From an uncultured Bacteroidota bacterium (GTDB lineage Bacteria > Bacteroidota > Ignavibacteria > UBA10030 > UBA8401), in NCBI GenBank assembly GCA_963843065.1, contig CAWJKX010000196.1:1109-65108 (forward strand): a DNA stretch of 64,000 bases, given 5' to 3'. The position numbers and the translations under genes were made by a program. Every line of letters starts with the position of its first letter. Within the stretch, counting starts at the first letter, position 1. Below are positions 8,801 to 18,349 of the stretch, one piece after another. Below the pieces are notes generated by a model. That model made no database searches and was not told the origin of the DNA. It saw only the letters and a list, made by a program, of their open reading frames with translations.

Positions 8801-8907
8801 TACATCCTCCTGTGTGTAACTGCATCCATTGTAGAAATGAATTCTGCTTTCTTCAGCGACCCCTCGTAACCCCTCGACACCCTCTCCTGTCAGGGGAGGG
8901 ATTAGGG

Positions 8908-11256
8908 TTAAAGTATGTCGCCAATGCCGAGCGTGAGTGTGAACCCGCGGGGCTCCACTCCACGCCAGGTCAGGTCAAACCGGAAAATATCGAGAATGCG
9001 GCTTATGCTTACCCCACCTTCATAGTACCAGCCGTTCGTCGTGTTAAAGATCGGCGGCCCGGCGAGAGCCGAAGGCGAAAGCCACGATTGTGCAACGGAC
9101 CCAAACACAATCAGCTCCAGATTGCTTTCATAGAGAAACGGAATTCCGCTTGCAAGAAACGGTATCCGCCTGAAGTTGTGCTCGACGGAAAGGAGCACGA
9201 AGCGGTCTCCCGAAAATTCCTTTACTCCTGCGGCACGCAAACTTCCAAACCATGCCGTCCCTTCATAACTCGATTCCAGATTGAACAGGCGCTGCGGCAA
9301 GCGCTCACCGGTGAGAATTCCACCGGTGAATGCGATGGAGAGCGTCGGGTTGAAGAAGAGGCTGAGATCATATGTCGGAAACTTCGCTTTAAGCCCGCCG
9401 GAGAGCCTCGTGAACCCGAAATCACTTTTCAGGAGACTCTTCGAAGAATACTCAAGTGTGGTGTGCGCCGTGAGATATGGATTGCTGAAAAGATACTGCG
9501 TTTCATTCCCGTACTCAGCGTTGAATGTGAGCGACCGAAGCGTTCCGTCGTCAATCGGCGGATTGATCCGGAATATTCGATCGCGGTCCACGAAGCTGTA
9601 TTCCGTTATATTTTTGAGCGAAGTTTCTTCTTCATCGGTGTAGCCCAATTGCATCCGGACATCGGGCGGGTCAGTTTGGCGGAGAAAATTCCCTTCGACA
9701 AAACCATGCCATCCCCGTGAAAGAAAATAATCGCGGTAGTCATCCTTCGAAAAGAGCGAACCAAGAAGAATTTCGAAGTCGCCGTAGTAGCCCTCATCGG
9801 GGCGGTTGTCAAGTTTGCGATAGACGTCTCCTCCGATACCGATCGAGCGCTGAGCGGTCGCATAGTACGTGGCGCCGCCGGAGTACTTCCATCGCTTTTC
9901 ATCGAAACTGTACCCGAGACCGCCGCGAAGTGCGAGTGCATTGGTAACTGAATCGAGATCGAATTTTCCGCCGAGGAATAATCCCTCGACCCTGTTAAAT
10001 CGGAGGTCGGCGTATGACAGACCGGAGAGACCCGCAGTGATCGAATTCAACGATTTTGTCCGTTTTCCAATTTGTTTATCGAGCGTCGCGTTGCTGTCCA
10101 AAGTTTTGTACGCCTGCTCTTCGTCGACATTGAGCGGAAGAAGGGGATGTTCCGCCCAATAGGTCGAATCGAAAACCGCCGCTTCCGGCGCAACAGTCAA
10201 CCGAGGCAGCTTTGCAACACTGTCGGCAAAGTCCGGGTTGATCGTGTAGTCGGACATCACGACGTAACGAACGAAGGAGAACTTGATGAGCGAAAATCCC
10301 ATCACGTTCACGCTGGCTTTTCCCTGCACTCTGTAATCGACCGGCATCCAGAACCGGTTCTCGTAGAGCCGGAATTGCTGCAGGTAGTGGAACGACACAT
10401 CTTTCAGAAACGGGATTGCATACGCTTCGTTCGGTTCGAAATCAACGCCGATAACTGCGTAACTCCGTTCAGCAATGGAGATCTTCCCCCGGAAGAGGGG
10501 CCTGATCCTCGAACGCGGAATGACATCGATGTCATAAACGTCCATCCCGTCCATCGAATGAGTCCTGAGGAGTTTGTAATCATAGAAAGAAAATGCGTCG
10601 GGAGACGTCGGCCCGATGAATTTGAAGCCCCCCGTGATGATCGTATCGTCGTTAAAATTGGTTACCTGTCCAACACTATTGACGATATCCCCCACGGCGA
10701 GATTTTTTGTCTGCCGCTTTTGGTGCACGACTTCCCGCAATGAGTCGTTCGCCCGCCAGTACAGCGTAAGATAGGATTCAGTAATTGCGCCGATCGCCGT
10801 GTCGAGGTCTATGGTGATTCGGCTGTATGCTTCGCACTGGAACGTTTTCAATGCGCCCATCCACTTCGGCTTGCTTTCAATCGCCCGGCGGATAATTTCA
10901 TAGGCAGGATCTTCATCGGTAATGATAACTTCGGACATTTTGATTGCCTCCGGCTGCAGCTCAACACGGAGAGCGTGGTTATTCGATGCCGATGCGTCGA
11001 CCGTGTCTGAGCGATAGCCCAGATAACTTATGATAAGGAGGGACTCTCCGGACGAAAGTGAAAGTTGAAACTGGCCGCGTTCGTTGGTTATGGTCCCTTT
11101 GTTGGATGGACCCGCAACGCGGATTGTCGCAGCCGGGAGGGGTTTGCTGGTCGAAGTATCGAGAACAACGCCGGAGACCATAGAGATCGATTGAGCAAAT
11201 GCGATGAACGGGAATATCGCCGGCAATAGCAGGAAGGGAATGCGGTGAAACGACAT
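8908..11256 (-). CDS. Outer-membrane protein with CarboxypepD_reg-like N-domain (DUF5686-like)
   Basis: 782 aa from the ATG at 11256. Signal peptide MSFHRIPFLLLPAIFPFIAFAQS, then GVVLDTSTSKPLPAATIRV...TNERGQFQL (carboxypeptidase-regulatory fold). The C-terminal region looks beta-rich and ends GIGDIL. Confidence 0.6.
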   Translation of the reverse strand: MSFHRIPFLLLPAIFPFIAFAQSISMVSGVVLDTSTSKPLPAATIRVAGPSNKGTITNERGQFQLSLSSGESLLIISYLGYRSDTVDASASNNHALRVELQPEAIKMSEVIITDEDPAYEIIRRAIESKPKWMGALKTFQCEAYSRITIDLDTAIGAITESYLTLYWRANDSLREVVHQKRQTKNLAVGDIVNSVGQVTNFNDDTIITGGFKFIGPTSPDAFSFYDYKLLRTHSMDGMDVYDIDVIPRSRIRPLFRGKISIAERSYAVIGVDFEPNEAYAIPFLKDVSFHYLQQFRLYENRFWMPVDYRVQGKASVNVMGFSLIKFSFVRYVVMSDYTINPDFADSVAKLPRLTVAPEAAVFDSTYWAEHPLLPLNVDEEQAYKTLDSNATLDKQIGKRTKSLNSITAGLSGLSYADLRFNRVEGLFLGGKFDLDSVTNALALRGGLGYSFDEKRWKYSGGATYYATAQRSIGIGGDVYRKLDNRPDEGYYGDFEILLGSLFSKDDYRDYFLSRGWHGFVEGNFLRQTDPPDVRMQLGYTDEEETSLKNITEYSFVDRDRIFRINPPIDDGTLRSLTFNAEYGNETQYLFSNPYLTAHTTLEYSSKSLLKSDFGFTRLSGGLKAKFPTYDLSLFFNPTLSIAFTGGILTGERLPQRLFNLESSYEGTAWFGSLRAAGVKEFSGDRFVLLSVEHNFRRIPFLASGIPFLYESNLELIVFGSVAQSWLSPSALAGPPIFNTTNGWYYEGGVSISRILDIFRFDLTWRGVEPRGFTLTLGIGDIL

Positions 11257-11774
11257 GAAATGCAACTCTCTCCTTTTCAGTTGTTGATGGGAAATATTAC
11301 GCAGGACTGAAACTGAAAGTTGCTGATCGTAAGTGAATTGTATAACTGATACCCCGATGATTTTTTTACACTGCGAAGTCGCCGTTTTCGCAGGTTGAAA
11401 TCCTTCTGCCACAAACTCCCACAAAAAATTACCATTATCCTTGCGAATGACTCCGCTTATTAAGCCTGCAGTGTTTCAAATGTAAACATATCGTGCAATG
11501 GATTCAATAAAAAATTCCCCACGGGCCATTATGTTGGTCGTGGTACGTTTTCGCGAGCTCTCAGACACCCTGTTCACTAATTTTGGCAGATTATTGGGAG
11601 AAGATGTCAGACAGCGTGAGCTAAGCAGGATGAACATGGCCTGTTCACCCTGAGCAAGTCCCGATGATTTTTATCGGGACGCGTCGAAGGGCGGGACCAC
11701 ACGAAGCAGTCAGCACTCAATGTTGCATCTCCTCGATTTTCTTCCCATATTCACGGGATCAAAACTGTATACCA

Positions 11775-14165
11775 ATGAGCAGAATTCCCGATTACATAGC
11801 GAAGTTAGGTCAACGGGACAGTCGGATGATGAAGGGAGGAATTTTTTTCCTTTTTATCTTCATCGTCGCGTTAATGTTCCCAAGCGGAGAATCGATCGAA
11901 TCCGACTACCATGTCGGAACGATCTGGACCGGCAAAGACCTCATCGCACCATTTTTGTTTCCTATCTACAAAGAAGAGCGGGATTACCAGCGCGAGAAAG
12001 CACTTGCCGCTCAAAGCGTCCACATGGTGTTCGAAGAAAACCTTGCGGTGCTCGCACAAAAATATTGATTCGCTGCAGAAATTTTTTACCGAGATCCAAT
12101 CTGTCCTCGACGCCCGGTCCGCGTATCTCCGCCAACAAGAGCTGCGGCGGCGAAACAAGCACGCAAGCCAACACGAGCTCGTTGTCGACTCTACCACTCT
12201 GAGCGACCGCATTCGCAATATTCCCATCAGCATCACAGAAAACGAATGGGAAACACTCCAGCGGCTCCGTTTTGCCGATGCGTTTGCAGGGAATCCACGG
12301 TATCAATTTTCAATGAGTCGGCTGCGCCGCGACGTGCTGCTGGTCGTCAATGAATTGTACCTGCAGGGAATTCTCAATGTCCGCAAGGAATCGGTAGGCA
12401 CCGGAATCAGCATTGCCTTTCGCAGAAAGGACCGACGAACAAATAGTCCCCATCAGCAAGTTTCTCGACGTCGACGACCTCGGCCGGTCAGTGCAGCAAA
12501 CATTCATTTCCGGGTACAAACGAGACAATGATACAGTCTCGATCGCGACGAAAATCGCTCTTTCGTTTCTTTCCCCGAACATAATTTTTCAGAAAGAGCA
12601 GACCGACAAAGAGATTGCGATTGCTGTGGATGAAGTCCCGCGAACCGTCGGGATTGTCCAGGAGAACGAGCGCATCGTTGCCACGCACGAGCGCATCACG
12701 GAGGATGTTAAACTGAAGCTCGACTCGCTCCGCAAAGCGAAAGCGGAACGCGGTGCGGATATTAACAAAGCGACAACGTTCCTCGGAAAATTTCTCCAAA
12801 TTTTTGCCATCTCGTTCTTATTCGGCGTATATTTATACCTTTTCCGCAAACGAATTTTTCACGACAATTCGAAGATTCTTCTCATCACACTCATCGTGTT
12901 GTTGGAGGCGCTGTTGGCGTATCTCATCCTCCACATGAACGCAGAAGCCCCCCTGGAATTGCTGATCATTGTCCCCGCCGCGTCGATGCTTCTGTCGATT
13001 ATTTTCGACTCGCGGGTTGCGTTCTATTGCACGGTGACAATGGCGTTTATCGTTGCGGGGATTCGCGGCAATGACTATTCGATTGCTTTTTTCTCCGTCA
13101 TTGCCGGCTCGTTGGCGGTGTACACGGTGAGGGATATTAAACACCGGACACAAATTTTCCGCTCTATCATATTTATTTTTCTCGGCTATTTTGTTTCAAT
13201 CGTTGCGATGTCGCTGGAGCGGTATGATTCGCTCACCTCCGTGCTTAATCAGTTGACGATGGCGGCGGCAAACGCCGTCTTCTCGCCGGTGTTGACGTAC
13301 GGATTGCTGATATTCTTCGAGCGCTTCTTCCATGTCACGACGGACTTGACGCTGCTTGAGTTGTCGGACTTCAATCAGCCGTTGTTGAAAGAACTGTCGC
13401 AAAAAGCTCCGGGAACGTTCAACCACAGCATCAATATGGGATCGCTTGCGGAATCCGCTGCGGAGGCAATCGGCGCAAACGCCACGCTGGCGCGCGTTGG
13501 GAGCATACTACCACGACATCGGGAAAATCACGAAACCGTCAATGTTCGTCGAAAACCAACTCGGAACCGCAAACAGGCACGAGAAGCTTAGCCCGAAGTT
13601 CAGCGCCCGTGTCATCGCTGCGCATGTGAAAGACGGAATTACGCTCGGACAAGAATTCGGTTTGCCCGATGCGGTCACCGATTTCATACCGATGCATCAT
13701 GGCACAACTAAAATTGGTTTTTTTTACGAACAGGCGCTTCGAAAAAAAGTCGATTTTGAATCCGTCGATGAAGACGAGTTCCATTACCCCGGCCCGAAAC
13801 CGCAGACGAAAGAAACCGGCATCGTGATGCTTGCCGATGCGGTGGAAGCATCGACGCGTTCCATCGACAACCCGACAGTGCAAAAGATAGAGGAACGGAT
13901 TGACGAGCTCGTCAAAGCGCGGTTCATGGAAGGGCAGCTCGATGAATGCGACCTGACGCTTCGCGACATCACGCGCATCAAAGTGGGTTTTGCCAAGATC
14001 CTTACCGGCATTCATCATCCCCGTATACAGTATCCGGAACAGCAGCCGGTTGCAGCGGAGCCCGGACTGCAGGAAGAAAACCCTGTTCCTCTCAAAAAAG
14101 AGAGCCCGGAGGGAAAACGTTCGAGAGGCCGCCGTCGAACAGCCGGTAATTCTTCGAAGCCTTAG
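11775..14165 (+). CDS. pgpH: 7TM receptor with intracellular HD hydrolase (PgpH-like cyclic-di-AMP phosphodiesterase family); three frameshifts as assembled
   Basis: Track ORFs 11664-12068, 11911-12531, 12413-13591 and 13446-14165 (frames 0, 1, 2, 0) join into about 796 aa. The parts are an extracellular N-domain, a 7-TM block and an HD domain ([23 protein letters not shown]). The joins sit at A-run 12058-12062, T-run 12418-12420 and G-run 13499-13501. Confidence 0.8.
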
Positions 14166-14170
14166 ACCGC

Positions 14171-15073
14171 ATGAAGTCTGATATAGAAAAGTTTTTCCGA
14201 TTTCTCCAGCTTGAGAAAAGCCTCGCCACCAACTCCATCGATGCGTATCAACACGACATTGCCCGGTATGCGGCGTTCCTTGAAGCACGCGGCATTGCTT
14301 CTGCGAACGGCGCAGCAGGCGACGATGTCGGCGCGTTCATCCATGAACTGCACCGGCTCGGCTTATCGGCCCGAAGCGTCGCGCGCAACCTTTCCGCCGT
14401 CAAGAGCTTCCATAAATTCCTGCTTGGAGAAAAAATAACGACGAGCGATCCGACGCTGACTATCGAGCTTCCGAAGAGGGGCAAGTTTCTTCCGGACGTA
14501 CTAAGCGTCGGCGAGATTAATAAAATTATCGACGCAACATCACAAAAAAAGAGAGACGACAAGAATCTTTGGATTCGAGACCGTGCAATTCTGGAAACTC
14601 TGTACGCAACCGGGATGCGCGTTTCGGAATTAACGGATCTAAAACAATCGAACATCTTTTTTGAGGATGAAATAGTACGGGTGTTCGGCAAAGGCTCGAA
14701 GGAACGCTTCGTCCCGATCGGCAAACCGGCGCTAGAATGGATTCAAAAATATCAGACGGAGGTCAGAGGAAAACTCGCCGGCAGGCATGCCGCAAACAAT
14801 GCGGTCTTCCTCAACTGGCGCGGCAGATCGATGTCGCGCGCAGCGATCTGGAACATTGTAAAAGAATACACCCGCCTTGCGCGTATTACGAAGGAAGTCC
14901 ACCCGCACACATTCCGCCATTCGTTCGCCACGCACCTTCTTGAAGGAGGAGCCGACCTTCGCGCCGTGCAGGAAATGCTCGGCCACGCGGACATTTCAAC
15001 AACGCAAATTTATACCCACATCGACAGAGAGTTCGTAAAAGCCGAACACAGGAAATATCATCCGAGAGGATAA
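14171..15073 (+). CDS. xerD: Site-specific tyrosine recombinase XerD
   Basis: 300 aa. N-terminal SAM-like domain FLQLEKSLATNSIDAYQHDI. Catalytic region HTFRHSFATHLLEGGADLRAVQEMLGHADISTTQIYTH. Confidence 0.85.
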   Translation: MKSDIEKFFRFLQLEKSLATNSIDAYQHDIARYAAFLEARGIASANGAAGDDVGAFIHELHRLGLSARSVARNLSAVKSFHKFLLGEKITTSDPTLTIELPKRGKFLPDVLSVGEINKIIDATSQKKRDDKNLWIRDRAILETLYATGMRVSELTDLKQSNIFFEDEIVRVFGKGSKERFVPIGKPALEWIQKYQTEVRGKLAGRHAANNAVFLNWRGRSMSRAAIWNIVKEYTRLARITKEVHPHTFRHSFATHLLEGGADLRAVQEMLGHADISTTQIYTHIDREFVKAEHRKYHPRG

Positions 15074-15164
15074 TAAAGTGCAAAGCGCGCAAGGACGCGA
15101 AGCCGCGAATTGATTCCCAAAAAGAACGTCGCGCCTTTGCGACTTAGCGAGAGGCAATTCACTC

Positions 15165-15626
15165 ATCTCGTTCCCAAGCTCTCCCGCTCCCGCGGGACAG
15201 GTTGTTTGGGAACGCCGTCTACGACACACTCCGTCATATTGTTATGGGGCAAAGCTTCACAACAATGCGTTCCCAATCCCAAAGGGATCACTTCGTGACG
15301 GGACGTTGGGAACGAGAAGAAAATAATCAAGAAAGTCATAAGATCGCTTTCATCTCGTTCCCAAACTCTGTTTGGGAACGCCGTCTACGACACACTCCGT
15401 CACATTGTTATGGGAAAAGCTTCACAACAATGCGTTCCCAATCCCAAAGGGATCACTTCGTGACGGGACGTTGGGAACGAGAAGAAAATAATCAAGAAAG
15501 TCATAAGATCGCTTTCATCTCGTTCCCAAACTCTGTTTGGGAACGCCGTCTACGACACACTCCGTCACATTGTTATGGGGCAAAGCTTCACAACAATGCG
15601 TTCCCAACGGGACGTTGGGAACGAGA
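15165..15626. repeat. REP/BIME-like array, locus R4 (units of 187, 165 and about 110 bp)
   Basis: CATCTCGTTCCCAA heads at 15164, 15351 and 15516. Each is followed by a linker with the hairpin CATTGTT-N16-AACAATG, then GCGTTCCCAA...CGTTGGGAACGAGA. The heads match R1-R3 but the linker differs. Confidence 0.9.
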
Positions 15627-15754
15627 AGAGGCGCTGGTCGCCACCATACTCTTTGCGGCCTGGCGAGAAGCAATTCACTGAGAACGTTATGGCATCATTT
15701 GACTGAAACTTGACTTTTTTTTGTTTTTTTTGCTTCATATAGACACAAAGAGAA

Positions 15755-15812
15755 CCCGCCGGCACGATTGTCCGAGTAGCGAGGGCACGCCGGCGGGCTT
15801 TCTTGTTTTTTT
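15755..15812 (+). terminator. Terminator-like hairpin plus T-tract in the lysC leader (terminator or attenuator)
   Basis: CCCGCCGGC (15755-15763) pairs with GCCGGCGGG (15789-15797) across a 25-nt loop. It is followed by CTTTCTTGTTTTTTT. The hairpin ends 18 bp before the lysC ATG. Confidence 0.5.
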
Positions 15813-15829
15813 GATAACATCGACAACCT

Positions 15830-17212
15830 ATGATCATCATGAAATTCGGCGGTACCTCGGTTGAGGATGCCGCAGCAATAAAGAATATTACAGAAATCGT
15901 CCGGAAGGAAATTCCGCGCCGGCCGGTCGTCGTTGTCTCCGCCTGCGCAGGGGTAACGAACCAGCTTCTAAAAACTGCCGCGCTCGCTTCGAAAGGGAAA
16001 AAAGACGACGCATTGCAGAACGTCGCCGCAATCGAAGGCCGCCACAAGAACATCGCCAAGGAATTGTTCGACGCCGACACTGCGAAATTCCTCTTCAAAC
16101 ACATCGCCGTATTTGCCGAAGAACTTGCCGCGCTCGTCAACGGCGTCGTGATACTCGGCGAGCTGACACCGCGCTCGCTCGACACATTCGCGTCGTACGG
16201 TGAACGAATGTCGTCGTTCATCATCCATCATTATTTCGAAGCGTGCAAACTTCGGTCGTTCCTCGTCGACGCCCGCTCGTTCATGATTACGGACGACCAG
16301 TTTACCAAAGCATTGCCGCTCTTCGATGTCGTCGAGCGGAAACTGCGGGAGATCGTTCAGCCGAAGATCGAAAACAGCTACGTTGTTCTCACACAAGGCT
16401 TTATTGGGTCGACCCAATCCGGCATTACGACGACGATCGGTCGGGGCGGATCCGACTATACTGCAGCAATTATCGGCTCGCTCCTTGATGCAAAGGATAT
16501 TCAGATTTGGACCGATGTCGACGGCATCCTGACATCGGACCCGAGCATCGTAAACAACGCCAAGAAAATTAAGGTCATGTCGTTCAACGAAGCGGCGGAA
16601 CTTGCCTATTTCGGCGCCCGCGTGCTTCATCCGGAAACAATCCTGCCGGCAGTGAAAAAAGACATTCCCGTCCACGTCCTGAACTCCCGGCGCCCCGAAT
16701 CAACAGGAACGCTGATCATCGCGAAACCGAGAGTCAACAACGAGTGCATTGTGAAATCGATCGCCTACAAAGAAGGGATCACGCTCATCAGCATCGTATC
16801 GACGAGAATGTTTCTTGCGTACGGATTTCTGGAGAACGTGTTCGACGTTTTCCATAAATACGAAACAGTCGTTCACACGGTTGCCACCTCGGAAGTCAGC
16901 ATTTCTGCCACCATTGATAATGTCGAGAACCTTGGACTTATCCTGCAAGAATTAAAAACATTTTCAACGGTGAGCGTGAGCGACAGGAAAGCGATCGTCT
17001 GCGTCGTCGGCGAGCACCTGAAGAACAGTCCCGGCGTCGCTGCAAAAGTTCTGAGTTCGATCACCGATATTAACGTCAACATGATTTCCCAGGGAGCGTC
17101 GGAGATCAATATCAGTTTTGTCATCGACGAAGAACACGTCGACGATGTTGTCCGCAGGCTCCATAAAGAATTTTTTTCAGACGTCAAACACTTAACCGAA
17201 ATTTTTGAATAG
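15830..17212 (+). CDS. lysC: Aspartate kinase
   Basis: 460 aa. MKFGGTSV start motif, an amino-acid-kinase fold and C-terminal ACT repeats (VCVVGEHLKNSPGVAAKVLSSI). Confidence 0.9.
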   Translation: MIIMKFGGTSVEDAAAIKNITEIVRKEIPRRPVVVVSACAGVTNQLLKTAALASKGKKDDALQNVAAIEGRHKNIAKELFDADTAKFLFKHIAVFAEELAALVNGVVILGELTPRSLDTFASYGERMSSFIIHHYFEACKLRSFLVDARSFMITDDQFTKALPLFDVVERKLREIVQPKIENSYVVLTQGFIGSTQSGITTTIGRGGSDYTAAIIGSLLDAKDIQIWTDVDGILTSDPSIVNNAKKIKVMSFNEAAELAYFGARVLHPETILPAVKKDIPVHVLNSRRPESTGTLIIAKPRVNNECIVKSIAYKEGITLISIVSTRMFLAYGFLENVFDVFHKYETVVHTVATSEVSISATIDNVENLGLILQELKTFSTVSVSDRKAIVCVVGEHLKNSPGVAAKVLSSITDINVNMISQGASEINISFVIDEEHVDDVVRRLHKEFFSDVKHLTEIFE

Positions 17213-17233
17213 CACATGAGAGGATGAGAGAGT

Positions 17234-18241
17234 ATGAAGTTGTATAATGTCGTTGTTGCAGGCGCTACCGGCATGGTCGGAAGGAAAATGATTCAGGTGT
17301 TGGAGGAGCGGGATTTCCCGGTGGGGAAATTGATACCGCTTGCATCAAGCCGTTCCGCGGGACAAAAAATCAAGTTCAAGGGAACCAATGTTATCGTGGA
17401 AGAGCTGACGCACGAAATTCTCTCTCAGAACAACATCGAACTGGCGCTCTTTTCAGCCGGTGCCTCGGTCAGCCGCGAATTTGCACCGACAGCCGCAATG
17501 CACGGCACGCTTGTCATCGATAACAGCAGTGCATTCCGCATGGAACCGGACATCCCTCTCGTCGTACCGGAGGTCAACCCTCAGAAAATTTTTGACCATG
17601 TCGGAATTATAGCCAATCCGAACTGTTCGACAATTCAAATGGTCGTGGCGCTCAAGCCCCTGCATGATCGGTTCAAAATCAAGCGCATTGTCGTTTCCAC
17701 CTATCAATCCGTTACCGGAGCAGGCAAAAAAGGCTACGACCAGTTGATGAAAGAACTGAATAAGGAAGAAGTCATCGCAAAAAAATTTCCCTACCAGATT
17801 TCGTTCAATTGTCTTCCGCACATCGACGACTTTCTTGAAGACGGATATTCCAAGGAAGAGGTCAAGATGATGAAAGAAACACAAAAAATCATGGGCGACG
17901 ATTCGATCAAAGTCACTGCAACGTGCGTCCGGGTTCCCGTCATCGGCGGGCACAGTGAATCGGTGAACGTCGAATTCGAAAAACCGTTTGACCTCGTGGA
18001 TGTCCGGGAAATCTTGCGCAAGGCGCAAGGCGTCGTTGTACAGGATGACCCGAAGGACAAACAATACCCGATGCCGATTTGGGCATACGATAAGGACGAG
18101 GTGTTTGTGGGACGGCTGAGACGCGATGAAACGGTGAAGAACGGCTTGAATATGTGGATCGTTTCCGACAACATCCGCAAGGGCGCCGCGACAAATGCTG
18201 TTCAAATTGCGGAAGCCTGGATTGCGGGAAAGCAAGACTAG
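17234..18241 (+). CDS. asd: Aspartate-semialdehyde dehydrogenase
   Basis: 335 aa. VVAGATGMVGRKM NAD(P) loop, active-site NPNCSTIQMVVAL and CVRVPVIGGHSESV. Confidence 0.9.
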   Translation: MKLYNVVVAGATGMVGRKMIQVLEERDFPVGKLIPLASSRSAGQKIKFKGTNVIVEELTHEILSQNNIELALFSAGASVSREFAPTAAMHGTLVIDNSSAFRMEPDIPLVVPEVNPQKIFDHVGIIANPNCSTIQMVVALKPLHDRFKIKRIVVSTYQSVTGAGKKGYDQLMKELNKEEVIAKKFPYQISFNCLPHIDDFLEDGYSKEEVKMMKETQKIMGDDSIKVTATCVRVPVIGGHSESVNVEFEKPFDLVDVREILRKAQGVVVQDDPKDKQYPMPIWAYDKDEVFVGRLRRDETVKNGLNMWIVSDNIRKGAATNAVQIAEAWIAGKQD

Positions 18242-18273
18242 CCTCTTTCTGCGAAAGCACATCTCGCGCAAAG

Positions 18274-18336
18274 ACGCCAAGGCGCAAAGGAAATCTTTCC
18301 AGAAATTCCTTGGCGTTCCTTTGCGGTTATTTTTTT
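18274..18336 (+). promoter_or_regulatory. Interleaved stems followed by a T-tract between asd and lysA (possible attenuator)
   Basis: A = ACGCCAAGG (18274-82), B = CGCAAAGGA (18283-91), A' = CCTTGGCGT (18308-16), B' = TCCTTTGCG (18317-25). These are followed by GTTATTTTTTT. The order A-B-A'-B' means the stems are either mutually exclusive hairpins or a pseudoknot. Confidence 0.35.
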
Positions 18337-18349
18337 GTGAACAGCTGTA

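Noticed and set aside
11560-11700. Hairpins and short direct repeats in the divergent spacer before pgpH (GTCCCGAT-gattttt-ATCGGGAC, and the CCTGTTCAC duplicate).
   Set aside because: They are short, appear single-copy as far as I can see, and show no terminal repeats or duplications. They are probably ordinary promoter-region structure or a fragment of a repeat I cannot define from one window.
15627-15829. Lysine riboswitch upstream of lysC.
   Set aside because: Only about 130 nt of unique leader precede the terminator-like hairpin. I could not see the multi-helix L-box cores. It is reported only as a terminator/attenuator candidate.
8812-16675. Long shadow ORFs opposite real genes within this span: 8812-9720, 10072-10743, 13539-14288, 15565-16224 and 15968-16675. 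Further examples lie beyond it at 40036-40851, 42638-43210, 44772-45488, 50453-51157 and 53542-54150.
   Set aside because: Each lies antisense to a gene with clear family motifs. They have low-complexity Arg/Ser/Pro-rich composition and no independent start signals.
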